Source: a virus. Taken from it: a DNA stretch of 64,000 nt. Below the pieces are notes generated by a model. It made no database searches and was not told the origin of the DNA. It worked only from the letters and a program-made list of their open reading frames with translations. This document shows, in pieces, positions 18,401-26,309 of this stretch (within the stretch, counting starts at the first letter, position 1; the number at the start of each line of letters is the position of its first letter). The stretch covers positions 1-64,000 of IMG/VR virus record IMGVR_UViG_3300045988_094874; one strand, given 5' to 3'. The position numbers were made by a program, and so were the translations under genes.

Positions 18401-19503
18401 GTTCTTCAAAGAACGCTATCAGATTTGGGTTTACAAAGAAACGCAAGATTGATAGGTTTAGGTGGTTGCTAAAAGAGCTAGGAGTATCCTGTGAGCCTAA
18501 AATACAAGGTAAGTTAAAGGTAAGTTTCTTTACACTAAGTGACTTTAAATTACTAAACCTTGTAAAGAGATACTGTACCGAGGATAAAACTCTTCTTGAG
18601 CCTTCTCTTACTGAGCTAAACCCTCTTGTGTACCTTGAGGAAGCAGGTCATTGGGACGGTCATATAAATAAGTTTGGTCTAATACTAGTATCCTCAACAA
18701 ATAAGGAAACTTTAGATAAAATGCAGATAATGGCGATACAATCAGGTGTCCGCGCAAGACTGGCTCTAAGAGAGGAAGCTCATGATAATGTAAGTAATAC
18801 TTGGGAGTTGTCATATAATCTTGCTAAAAAGCCTCTGAGTAGGTTTGAAAGTAGGGATATTGACACACGAACTCACCACAAGACTAATTACAATGTCTAC
18901 TGTGTAACCGTTCCTGAACATAATATTGTTATACGCCATAATGGAAAAGTATCAATACAAGGAAACTGTAACTTCGGCTTTTTATATGGTATGCAAGCAA
19001 AATCGTTCGTGAATTACGCAAAAACCTATGGATTGAATTTATCACTCAAGGAAGCTGAGGAGTTCCGAAGTAAGTTCTTTGAAGCCTATCCGACTTTACT
19101 GGTATGGCACAGAAGGAACATTGACTTTGCTAGTAATAAAGGATATGTTGAAGCTCCGTCTGGCAGGAAACGTTTCTTGAGAGATATTTGGTCTGATGAT
19201 TGGGCTAAGAAGTCTTCTGCTGAAAGACAGTCACTTAACTCAGCTGTACAAGGCTTTGCTAGTGACTGTTGTATCTCAGCTCTAGCGGATATAGTTTTCT
19301 CAGATGAGCTAGACCATTCAAGAGCAAGAGTATTAGGCTCTGTGCATGACGCTATATTAGTAGAGGCTAAGGAAGACTATGCAGAAGAAGCCTCTCAGAT
19401 AGTAAAGAACCACATGGAGAACCCTTCCTTGTTTAAGCTACATAAGCTCTGTGTTCCAATGGTGGCTGATGTAGAAATCGGCAAGGGCTGGGGTATTCAC
19501 TAA
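15457..19503 (+). CDS. family A DNA polymerase with 3'-5' exonuclease domain, interrupted by two inteins (1348-aa precursor, about 715-aa mature)
   Basis: Exo I LDIETTGL; motif A reconstituted as KIIE/CDLSQAELR; motif AKS/CNFGFLYG reconstituted across intein 2. Confidence 0.8.
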   Translation: MKKRDLMVLAKRLSSVELFSLDIETTGLDRYRDKIVSVQISYDFNGKEYDHFIWWEQYTKEEWQAFLKAIAKLNMVTHNGKFDILFLYVHTGVFMELYMDTQVLAHVSGEVELGLKPLVVKYFGDDYDVSKEIKVSGKRDSLTTLKGFITKYFTGTELVMEQTTKENAEAFLSGLKTKAQKNACELIDNEDGTFDVTRKWVHKDRTAMNKLAQQVYDELEGGILISGMSVEATDRLCKAFESLDSTIILETLKDVTQELVEANNKKLVVYGKKDTRYTLKLVPIFKKIIKKYKMIKVYKHEMRAYKAYSIIEKQGIYIDPNRHKVSEQLRAEYTEYLEELNEVAEINWNSTQQVAKVLFGKKGAPVIVDGKEVGKSLGLKPVKKSASGNPSTDDETLVELSAVSEVAKNLREYKRLTKLDTFIKSWDEIAVDGQIHPSFNITARTGRTTCSNPNLQQVPQNSNVRGIIYARPGYKIIECFSGDTEVLTEKGWQRFDSLDKGIKLAQYDCESEEISFEQPLRYIHQENRPTFHYEDRNTSVFATANHNVLTRYTNRVTRKHPFKETNFSRANQFINAGFYTTNYKYSDKYTRFLAMFISDGYMDNYGNISFGFRKQRKIDRCKHVLEELGISFKLNQYTRKGNAKDTMFRIGKVMTQFVNEYSESYKVLSTKTAFELNPAVYLEEAQYWDGTPIVKGKSVRFVSTQKKTLEVMQLMGVFCGIKMVIHRDNHRDKDCHKYAYYVNYKPKGDRFTCMNEQGVDFSNPTYQDVYCITMPLGTCVIRHKGKVSIQSQCDLSQAELRVAADFSGDKNMIHAYQSGSDLHSKTTEMMFGNLEGLDHDELKRKRTQAKSCFSGDTEILTDKGFVPFNMYDGVTRVAQYNIESQEISYTEPLDFRMIPNQKICVFENENTSLKLTPNHECIIQVQNTRKYMKKIPFEELAGHGQSKYAWVNAGYYNYDKNKFIDDKLTRFVACFVADGSYSSSKNAIRFGFTKKRKIDRFRWLLKELGVSCEPKIQGKLKVSFFTLSDFKLLNLVKRYCTEDKTLLEPSLTELNPLVYLEEAGHWDGHINKFGLILVSSTNKETLDKMQIMAIQSGVRARLALREEAHDNVSNTWELSYNLAKKPLSRFESRDIDTRTHHKTNYNVYCVTVPEHNIVIRHNGKVSIQGNCNFGFLYGMQAKSFVNYAKTYGLNLSLKEAEEFRSKFFEAYPTLLVWHRRNIDFASNKGYVEAPSGRKRFLRDIWSDDWAKKSSAERQSLNSAVQGFASDCCISALADIVFSDELDHSRARVLGSVHDAILVEAKEDYAEEASQIVKNHMENPSLFKLHKLCVPMVADVEIGKGWGIH
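16891..17832 (+). mobile_element. LAGLIDADG intein 1 in PolA motif A (314 aa; Cys1 CFSGDTEVL; ends SIQSQ; +1 Cys)
   Basis: Hint N-terminal block, LAGLIDADG-like AMFISDGYMD, insertion immediately before the catalytic Asp of motif A. Confidence 0.7.
18010..18966 (+). mobile_element. LAGLIDADG intein 2 in PolA NFGxxYG motif (319 aa; Cys1 CFSGDTEIL; ends SIQGN; +1 Cys); paralogous to intein 1
   Basis: Hint block, ACFVADGSY LAGLIDADG motif, flanking AKS / CNFGFLYG extein. Confidence 0.7.
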
Positions 19504-19513
19504 GGAGGAAAAG

Positions 19514-19915
19514 ATGATTAAAGAATACTGTAATAAATGGGGAATACTCCCTGAGTGCCTACACATTGTAGAATGTAAGGAAGGAAACGAACACTACACT
19601 TATGCTGGAGGAAACATAGTCCAAGCCAAGGAGGGTGACTATATTCTGGTAACAGATGACCTGTTCACCTTCTCTGTGAAAAAGGTTACTGATGTTTTCA
19701 CTAATAAACAGGTAATGGAAACTATACTGAATGAAAATTCTGATATATACCCTATCTCACAGAATGTAACCAACGCTGTGAACTATACAATTAGATTAGT
19801 GGATAGAGTTGCTGAGGACGAAAGACTTAATGCTATTCTAAAGGAGAAGTTATCAGTTACTTTAGCTCAAGTAGATGAAGCTCTAAAGGAGTTTAAGCAT
19901 GATAATTTGGGATAA
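19514..19915 (+). CDS. hypothetical protein
   Basis: 133-aa ORF with RBS GGAGGAAAAG. Confidence 0.5.
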   Translation: MIKEYCNKWGILPECLHIVECKEGNEHYTYAGGNIVQAKEGDYILVTDDLFTFSVKKVTDVFTNKQVMETILNENSDIYPISQNVTNAVNYTIRLVDRVAEDERLNAILKEKLSVTLAQVDEALKEFKHDNLG

Positions 19916-20327
19916 GAATTGCTACACAGAGAAGGAGTACCGAGACATTAAACGTCAGAATAGGAAGTCCTTCCTGATAGACCCCGAGGGCTACTGTGAA
20001 AAGCAAAAGGAGTTTAACCCTAAATATGTCTTAGTCACAGACAAGAACACCTACTACATGGATAACTGGATAAAGGGCACAGGATATATCAAGCGTGAAT
20101 TTGGAGATAAGGTTGGGAGGTATCTATCGGCTATGGAGGTATTTAACCTCAAGCATGCCTTACCTAAGAACTATGTATCTCTTAAGTTCTCAGTAGATGT
20201 AGGGGATAATATCCTTGTAAGATATATCTCACACACCTGTATGTTTGAATGTATGATTAGGGAAACTACCCTGAACTATAAAATCTACTATGGAGATAGG
20301 GAAGAAATTGAGGAGGTGGTACTTTAA
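19899..20327 (+). CDS. hypothetical protein
   Basis: 142-aa ORF. Confidence 0.45.
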   Translation: MIIWDKNCYTEKEYRDIKRQNRKSFLIDPEGYCEKQKEFNPKYVLVTDKNTYYMDNWIKGTGYIKREFGDKVGRYLSAMEVFNLKHALPKNYVSLKFSVDVGDNILVRYISHTCMFECMIRETTLNYKIYYGDREEIEEVVL

Positions 20328-20644
20328 TGCCAAAGAAAAGTATCAAAATGCAGATAGAGCTCCCTAAAGAGCTTGCAGACAGCCTTATGACGCTCTCCGG
20401 GTACTTAGGGCTTAAGAGAAATCAGGTCATTGCTGAGGCTCTACAGGACTATTCTGACCGCATGACACCTAATGCACAGGAGTATGAGAAGAAGCTTAAT
20501 GAGTATAAGGAAATGCTACACAGAGAACTGTTCGGAGTAGAAGCGCCTGTGAAAGATGTTGATGTAATCGAAGAAGATGAAGACGACTTTGAAGAAGATG
20601 ACCTAGATGTAGAAAACTTTATGAAGGAGCTTAGACTGAAATGA
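20327..20644 (+). CDS. ribbon-helix-helix (Arc/MetJ/CopG-like) DNA-binding protein with acidic C-terminus
   Basis: N-terminal KMQIELPKELADSLMTLSGYLGLKRNQVIAEAL matches RHH pattern. Confidence 0.4.
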   Translation: MPKKSIKMQIELPKELADSLMTLSGYLGLKRNQVIAEALQDYSDRMTPNAQEYEKKLNEYKEMLHRELFGVEAPVKDVDVIEEDEDDFEEDDLDVENFMKELRLK

Positions 20645-21126
20645 CAGTAAACAAAGACAGCTCAGTAGGTATCACAGAAGACCTGATTACTAATATCATG
20701 AACCTCTGTGCCTCTGAGTATCACATGAATATCCTTGTACGGAAATATGAGGATAAGCTCTCATTCTGGTATGCTGATAATGCAAAGGAAGACCAAGATG
20801 AGATTATGAAGGTAGATGAAGCTCTAAGAGAGACTGAGCTACTTTTGAAGGAAACTACAGATAACAGACGTAAGGCAATGAAGCTACTAAAGGAACAGGC
20901 TAATGAGGAAGGAAACCCTGATATGTGGTGTCTCCTTAAGCACATGTTCACAGCAGTTATTACCTCATTTGAGGTATGGCAGGTAGACCTATCTAACCTA
21001 AAAGCCAAGTATGGATTTATTGAGCAATCACGAGCAATGAATAAAGTGCTGGCAATGTTCCTGGGCTTCCCTGTGACACCATGCTCAGCATGCCTTACAG
21101 ACCAGTTAGAGCAAGAGGGCAAGTAA
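20641..21126 (+). CDS. hypothetical protein
   Basis: 161-aa ORF. Confidence 0.45.
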   Translation: MTVNKDSSVGITEDLITNIMNLCASEYHMNILVRKYEDKLSFWYADNAKEDQDEIMKVDEALRETELLLKETTDNRRKAMKLLKEQANEEGNPDMWCLLKHMFTAVITSFEVWQVDLSNLKAKYGFIEQSRAMNKVLAMFLGFPVTPCSACLTDQLEQEGK

Positions 21127-21357
21127 ATGACTATAGGAGATATTATTGATAAGCTAAGCAAGCATGCTCAGTGTGAGATTGGCTACCTTAGCAAAGATAA
21201 TACAGTAGTTCCTCACTGCTTTCGCTATGAAGGCTACACAAGTGACTACACAGAAGAGTTTAAGTATCTGGACAAGTGTATCCCTGTGGAGCGTTTGACT
21301 ACACGAAACCATATCATTATGATTTTGGTTAAGGAGGAGGAACTATTTGGCAGTTGA
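21127..21357 (+). CDS. hypothetical small protein
   Basis: 76-aa ORF. Confidence 0.4.
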   Translation: MTIGDIIDKLSKHAQCEIGYLSKDNTVVPHCFRYEGYTSDYTEEFKYLDKCIPVERLTTRNHIIMILVKEEELFGS

Positions 21358-21757
21358 GATTGTGATTAACCCTTATTACTCAACACAAAAGCTATCACGC
21401 ATAAATGTACTGGCACAGGTGAGAGAGTATAAGAAAACTCTTGATAAGTACGGTGTCAGCTATGAAGTAGTGGAGCTTAATGATGAGCATAAGGAGTTCC
21501 TACTAGAGCTTATGGAAGATGACTATTATAAACTAGTAAGGTTTAAGTTCCCTGTGCCTGACTCTTTTGAGGAGCTACTAGAAAATCCTGAGCTTATGAG
21601 AAATGTCATTGTACTTGATATGGAGAAGCTGAAAATAGGTTTTGCAAATTCAGATGAAGACCCTTATAGTGTATCAGTATTCAAACCACGCATGCTAAAG
21701 CGGTCTATGTTAATGGATAGTTTATCCACAGCATATTACGAAAGAGGAATATCATGA
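21347..21757 (+). CDS. hypothetical protein
   Basis: 136-aa ORF. Confidence 0.45.
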   Translation: MAVEIVINPYYSTQKLSRINVLAQVREYKKTLDKYGVSYEVVELNDEHKEFLLELMEDDYYKLVRFKFPVPDSFEELLENPELMRNVIVLDMEKLKIGFANSDEDPYSVSVFKPRMLKRSMLMDSLSTAYYERGIS

Positions 21758-22551
21758 ATAGATATAGTATTTCACGGGTAAACACTTACCTAGAAAACCC
21801 TTGGAAACACTGGTGCAAGTATATTGCTAAGTACAAACCAAAAGAGGGTAAAGTCAACACTGTGTACATGGACAGAGGAACTGTTATGCACCGTGTCATG
21901 GAGCTTGTAGCTACAGGCACAGATAGTAAGGAAGCACTAAAGCAAGCCTCTGTTGTAGACTTTGCACAGGAAAGTATTGACGGAGGAATTAGAGCCTCTG
22001 AGCGTTACTTTGAGCACTTCGGATTTGAAGGATTATTCAAGACTACTGAGGTTGAAAAAGAGATTACTCTTGATATTTCAGAGGAAATCGGTATTGGCAC
22101 AGAGGTAGGATTTATCGGATATGTAGACGCAGTTCGGACTAATGAAGACGGCTCTGTGACCTTGGTTGACTATAAGACATATAGCACAAAACCTGCACAG
22201 GATAAAATGGTGCTATCATTACAGGCTAACATGTATATGTATGTCATGACTAAGCTAGGCTACAATGTGCGAAACTTTGTGTTTGAATGTATCAATCCTA
22301 AGGAGAAGCTGGTAGGTAGAGCCTACAAATACCTTGCTATTGATATGCCTTACCGTGAGGCTCTGTGTGATGAGTTCTTTGAGCAGTTCTGTATGTTGGT
22401 ACGAATGATTGAGCAAAATCCTGAGTTCAAAATGTATAAGTATGGAGACTACATGCCTGACATCTATGATGAACTATTCAAGGTATGGCAAGGAATTGTC
22501 ACAGAGGACTTTGATACCTTTGTAGCTGAGAACTTTTTGGAGGAAGATTGA
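21754..22551 (+). CDS. PD-(D/E)XK family nuclease (Cas4/RecB-like phage exonuclease)
   Basis: motif GYVDAV...TLVDYKT (D..D-x-K) in 265-aa ORF. Confidence 0.45.
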   Translation: MNRYSISRVNTYLENPWKHWCKYIAKYKPKEGKVNTVYMDRGTVMHRVMELVATGTDSKEALKQASVVDFAQESIDGGIRASERYFEHFGFEGLFKTTEVEKEITLDISEEIGIGTEVGFIGYVDAVRTNEDGSVTLVDYKTYSTKPAQDKMVLSLQANMYMYVMTKLGYNVRNFVFECINPKEKLVGRAYKYLAIDMPYREALCDEFFEQFCMLVRMIEQNPEFKMYKYGDYMPDIYDELFKVWQGIVTEDFDTFVAENFLEED

Positions 22552-22552
22552 T

Positions 22553-22735
22553 ATGTGGAGAGAACTTCTTTCAGGTATCATGGGAGTATTGTTAATCTTA
22601 GCTTGTACACTCGTAGTTGGCTCAGGGGTACTCTTACTACTGATTTATGTGAAGACACCACTACAACTACTATTTGTGGGACTAGGACTTGTTGTGTTTT
22701 CACTAGGAGTTATTGGAATTTTATTGAGGGACTGA
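22553..22735 (+). CDS. small hydrophobic membrane protein
   Basis: 60 aa almost entirely TM helices; ATG preceded by GAGGAAGATTGAT. Confidence 0.4.
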   Translation: MWRELLSGIMGVLLILACTLVVGSGVLLLLIYVKTPLQLLFVGLGLVVFSLGVIGILLRD

Positions 22736-22736
22736 T

Positions 22737-22970
22737 ATGTGGAAATACTTGTTTGCCGTAGCCCTAGGCTTTATAATCGGGGCACTAGCTTACTCATACC
22801 ATATTCAAGAGCACACAATGCCTATTGAGGAGGTTGAGCAGAGCTATATCACAAAAGATGATGGAGCTGACTTAGCTAAGAAAGCTTACTTTGAAGGAAG
22901 AAAAGACCAGCAGGAAGAAGACCTAGAGCTTCGTTCAGCGGTTCAGGAGGCTAAAAATGGAGGAAATTAG
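22737..22970 (+). CDS. small membrane-anchored protein
   Basis: 77 aa; N-terminal TM; start context TGATATGTGGA identical to the preceding gene. Confidence 0.4.
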   Translation: MWKYLFAVALGFIIGALAYSYHIQEHTMPIEEVEQSYITKDDGADLAKKAYFEGRKDQQEEDLELRSAVQEAKNGGN

Positions 22971-23343
22971 AAATCCTCAGCGTTATACACAGAAAGGTAA
23001 TAAAATGGAGTGCTGGGACTTCTGGCTACATTATGGACTAAACCCCCTTATTGCCTCAGCTGTGAAGTATGTATGGCGCTATAAAGACAAGAACGGGAAA
23101 CATGACCTTGAAAAGGCTCTTGTGTTCCTACACAAAGCTAGGGAAGAGGCTGATAGAGTATATTACTCTGTGTCTTGTGCAAAATTCCCTGAGTTTGAGG
23201 AGTATAAGGCTATGACCTATCCTCAGTATTTGATTATTGCTAATTCTGTGCTCACAACTGAGGCAGAAAGTTACCTATTGGGTATTGATAACATGATTAC
23301 CCTGATTAACAAATTGATTGGAGATGAGTATGACATTCATTAA
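22957..23343 (+). CDS. DUF3310-like phage protein
   Basis: motif ECWDF...NPLIASAVKYVWRYKDKNG resembles DUF3310. Confidence 0.4.
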   Translation: MEEIRNPQRYTQKGNKMECWDFWLHYGLNPLIASAVKYVWRYKDKNGKHDLEKALVFLHKAREEADRVYYSVSCAKFPEFEEYKAMTYPQYLIIANSVLTTEAESYLLGIDNMITLINKLIGDEYDIH

Positions 23344-23605
23344 GAAAAACATTAACACTATTATTAACATTGCTTTGGTAATTGCCCTTGGATTTTCATT
23401 CCTGTATACACAGAGTGTTGAGGCTAAGTTCACTAAGCTAAAGAAAGACACAGAAGACCGTGTGACTAAGATTACAAAAGCCACAGAGAACTATGGTAAG
23501 AAGCTTGATGAAGCCCTTGAGGCTAACAACAAGGTGAACAAGAGCCTAGATGAGCTTATCGCTTCCTTGAAGGCTAAATATGTGGACAATAACGGAGGTC
23601 AGTAA
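23318..23605 (+). CDS. membrane-anchored coiled-coil protein
   Basis: 95 aa; TM IINIALVIALGFSFLY then coiled coil. Confidence 0.4.
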   Translation: MEMSMTFIKKNINTIINIALVIALGFSFLYTQSVEAKFTKLKKDTEDRVTKITKATENYGKKLDEALEANNKVNKSLDELIASLKAKYVDNNGGQ

Positions 23606-24120
23606 TGGAGTATGTTATTATCGGGGTACTATTTCTGATTATGCTACTGATGTTCTTCTGTGATATTGGTAAGTATAACAGCTACCCTAAGGAGTCTCTT
23701 ATCCGTGTGCGATACAAGGACACTAAATACTCGTTTGGAACACAGGCGGTCAACGGTGATTGCGTAGATATGTATGTTCCTTATGATATTGAGTATAAGG
23801 CAGGAGATACAGTCAAGGTTGACTTTGGAGTAGCAATGGAACTACCTGTAGGCTTTGAGGCTCATGTATATCCTCGCTCAAGTACCTTTAAGAACACAGG
23901 GCTGTTACTAACTAACTCTGTAGGTATCATTGATAATGACTATAACGGTGATGATGATACTTGGGGAGCTATGTTCTATGCCACACGGGACGGAAAGCTT
24001 GAAGCTGGTCAGCGTGTGTGTCAGTTCCGTATCTTTAGAAATCAGCCTGACCTCATTTTCTTACCAGTAAAACACTTAGGTAATGAGAATAGAGGTGGAT
24101 ATGGCTCGACGGGTAAATAA
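23605..24120 (+). CDS. dut: dUTP diphosphatase (trimeric dUTPase); N-terminal 24-aa hydrophobic extension or later GTG start (23707)
   Basis: motifs VYPRSS, GIIDNDYNGDDD, RGGYGSTGK. Confidence 0.65.
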   Translation: MEYVIIGVLFLIMLLMFFCDIGKYNSYPKESLIRVRYKDTKYSFGTQAVNGDCVDMYVPYDIEYKAGDTVKVDFGVAMELPVGFEAHVYPRSSTFKNTGLLLTNSVGIIDNDYNGDDDTWGAMFYATRDGKLEAGQRVCQFRIFRNQPDLIFLPVKHLGNENRGGYGSTGK

Positions 24121-24376
24121 GAAGGTAATTAGAGCAAGCTTTATTGACCGTGAAATGGCTCAGGGTAGTAAGCTTACTCTCAGAGCTCTCTATCGCTATA
24201 ACAAGGGGCGTAACAAGATTTATGTCTACCAGAAGAATGGTTACTCCCCTGAATTTATCATCAATAACACAGGACATATCAACTATGACTGGGGGAGAGG
24301 AAACCTCCTAGAATATGGGTCAAGAACTATTGAGCAATTTTATATAAAAAATGATGAATTTTTTGTAAAAATTTAG
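24101..24376 (+). CDS. hypothetical small basic protein (start trimmed to MARRVNKK)
   Basis: ORF 24083-24376 in track. Confidence 0.35.
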   Translation: MARRVNKKVIRASFIDREMAQGSKLTLRALYRYNKGRNKIYVYQKNGYSPEFIINNTGHINYDWGRGNLLEYGSRTIEQFYIKNDEFFVKI

Positions 24377-24386
24377 CAAAAAGGTA

Positions 24387-24415
24387 TTGACTTTAATAAA
24401 TCCCTGTGATACACT
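24387..24415 (+). promoter_or_regulatory. early/middle promoter TTGACT-17-TGaTACACT; copy 2 of conserved GCAAAAAGGTATTGACTTTA promoter
   Basis: identical 20-nt block to 9695-9714. Confidence 0.5.
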
Positions 24416-24446
24416 ATATTAGAACTAAACAAAAGGAGATATTGCA

Positions 24447-26291
24447 ATGAAACTAAAATCATTGTCTACGGTACGCCTGCATCAAATGACCGTGTTGTTC
24501 GGAAAATCTGGTTCAGGCAAGGCAGAATATGTAGAAAACAAAATCTACACCCCTAGTGGACCTAAACGCTTTGGTGACTTAAAAGTCGGTGATTATGTAT
24601 TTGACCGATTTGGTAAGCCTACAAAAGTAGTTGGAACATTCCCACAAGGAGAGATTGACGCATATGAAGTAACTCTAGCAGATGGACGTACAGTAATCTG
24701 TAATGATGAGCACATCTGGACCACAGTAACCTCACGAAATAGTCTTAAGGATTATACATTACGTGAAATTATTGACACAGGTGTTACTATCAAAAAGGGA
24801 GGGATTACTCGTAACCGATTTTATATTCCTACCCATAGCTACGTCCAATTCAAGGAGCAAGAAGTTAAGGTACACCCTTATCTTGTAGGAACTTTTATTG
24901 CAAATGGAGCTTTACGCTCTAAACCTCTCACACTATGCTCCGATGACATTTTTGTGGTAGAAAAAGTTGCTAAGATTTTAGGGGCTACTTACAAGAAGAA
25001 CTCAGATAAGAATTTTAGCTATACTTTTCGAAAAGAAGGACACATTATCAAAACGGAAGAGGTATTCACAGAGTTGCTTGGTAAGTATTCTCATGAGAAG
25101 TTTATTCCTAAGGAATACCTATTTAATAGTGTAGAAGTTCGTAGAGAGCTCCTCCAAGGACTAATGGATAATGATGGTTCTATAACACCTAAGCATTCTG
25201 GAGCACACCCTTCATATTACACAGTAAGCCCTAGGCTTGCAGATGATGTAGTATTTCTTGTAAGAAGTCTTGGGTATGAGACTTATGTATATGTAGATGA
25301 ACGTGAAGGGAAACGTACAGGATATGACATTGGACTTAGAGTACCTCCACGTGAACGTAAATCACTATTCACATTGCCTAGGAAGAAAGAACGTTCTCTA
25401 GCTGTTGAGGGCAACTGCTTAAGACGACGCTATGAAATGGTTGGTATTGCTAAAGTTACAAAGCTTAATAAGAAGTTACCTATGATGTGTATTAAGGTAG
25501 ATAATCCTGAAAGCTTGTACTTGTCTAATGAGTTTGTAGTAACTCACAATACTTCCGTAATCAACTCACTTCCGGGTAAAACTCTCATCATTGACACTGA
25601 CCGTGGGTTAGCTTCTGTAAGCCCCACTGATAATGTTGATGTAGCTGAGTGTTACAACTGGGAAGACATTCTTGAAGCATTTGCAATCGCTAAGACAGGC
25701 GATTATGAAAGCATTGCTGTTGACCACTTTACAAATGTCCAAGAAATGTGCTACAAACATATTATGGAAAAATACAAAGTGGATAAAATGCAAATCCAGC
25801 ATTATGGAGAAGCTTCTCCATTGCTCAAAGGACTTGTTGACCAGCTGGTCGGTTTTAGCTATGATGGTAAGAACGTCCTTGTACTTGCACAGGAAATGAG
25901 TATTAACGTTGAGGAAGATGAGGGAGAAGATGTACCACGGGTAATCTGCCCTAACGTATCCCCAGCTGTTCGCTCTTACTTGCAAGCCTCTGCACGGATT
26001 GTAGCCCATACACAGAAGGAAAACAAGAAGACCTTTGAAAATGGCAAGAAATCCATTGAGGAAGTTTATATTGCTCAGGTAGCAGGTAACCCTATCTTGA
26101 CTACTAAAGTTACACGCAAGCCGGGAATTGAAATTCCTAACAAGATTAAGAACCCTACGTGGGCTAAGCTCACTAAACTTATCACAGGAGAAACCGCTAA
26201 GAAGGCTAAGCCTGCTAAAGAGGAAGAAGCCCCTGTGACAGAAGAAAAACCAAAACGCAAACGTGCTACTAAGAAATCAGAAGAAAAATAA
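24447..26291 (+). CDS. Sak4-like RecA-fold ATPase interrupted by an intein in the Walker A loop (614-aa precursor, 271-aa extein, basic K/E-rich C-terminal tail)
   Basis: GKSGSGK / TSV... reconstitutes Walker A GKSGSGKTS after removal of the 343-aa insert; Walker B LIIDTD. Confidence 0.65.
   Translation: MKLKSLSTVRLHQMTVLFGKSGSGKAEYVENKIYTPSGPKRFGDLKVGDYVFDRFGKPTKVVGTFPQGEIDAYEVTLADGRTVICNDEHIWTTVTSRNSLKDYTLREIIDTGVTIKKGGITRNRFYIPTHSYVQFKEQEVKVHPYLVGTFIANGALRSKPLTLCSDDIFVVEKVAKILGATYKKNSDKNFSYTFRKEGHIIKTEEVFTELLGKYSHEKFIPKEYLFNSVEVRRELLQGLMDNDGSITPKHSGAHPSYYTVSPRLADDVVFLVRSLGYETYVYVDEREGKRTGYDIGLRVPPRERKSLFTLPRKKERSLAVEGNCLRRRYEMVGIAKVTKLNKKLPMMCIKVDNPESLYLSNEFVVTHNTSVINSLPGKTLIIDTDRGLASVSPTDNVDVAECYNWEDILEAFAIAKTGDYESIAVDHFTNVQEMCYKHIMEKYKVDKMQIQHYGEASPLLKGLVDQLVGFSYDGKNVLVLAQEMSINVEEDEGEDVPRVICPNVSPAVRSYLQASARIVAHTQKENKKTFENGKKSIEEVYIAQVAGNPILTTKVTRKPGIEIPNKIKNPTWAKLTKLITGETAKKAKPAKEEEAPVTEEKPKRKRATKKSEEK
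24522..25550 (+). mobile_element. LAGLIDADG intein with Ala1 N-terminus (AEYVEN...), C-terminal VVTHN, +1 Thr
   Basis: LAGLIDADG motifs LVGTFIANGA and LQGLMDNDGS; canonical HN terminus; insertion within the P-loop. Confidence 0.6.
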
Positions 26292-26309
26292 TAAATAGGA
26301 GATATAATC

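Noticed and set aside
22555-22761. Alternative GTG-initiated 68-aa ORF overlapping the 22553 membrane-protein gene in another frame
   Set aside because: Cys/Thr-rich composition typical of an off-frame read. The ATG-initiated hydrophobic frame with RBS is preferred, though dual coding cannot be excluded.
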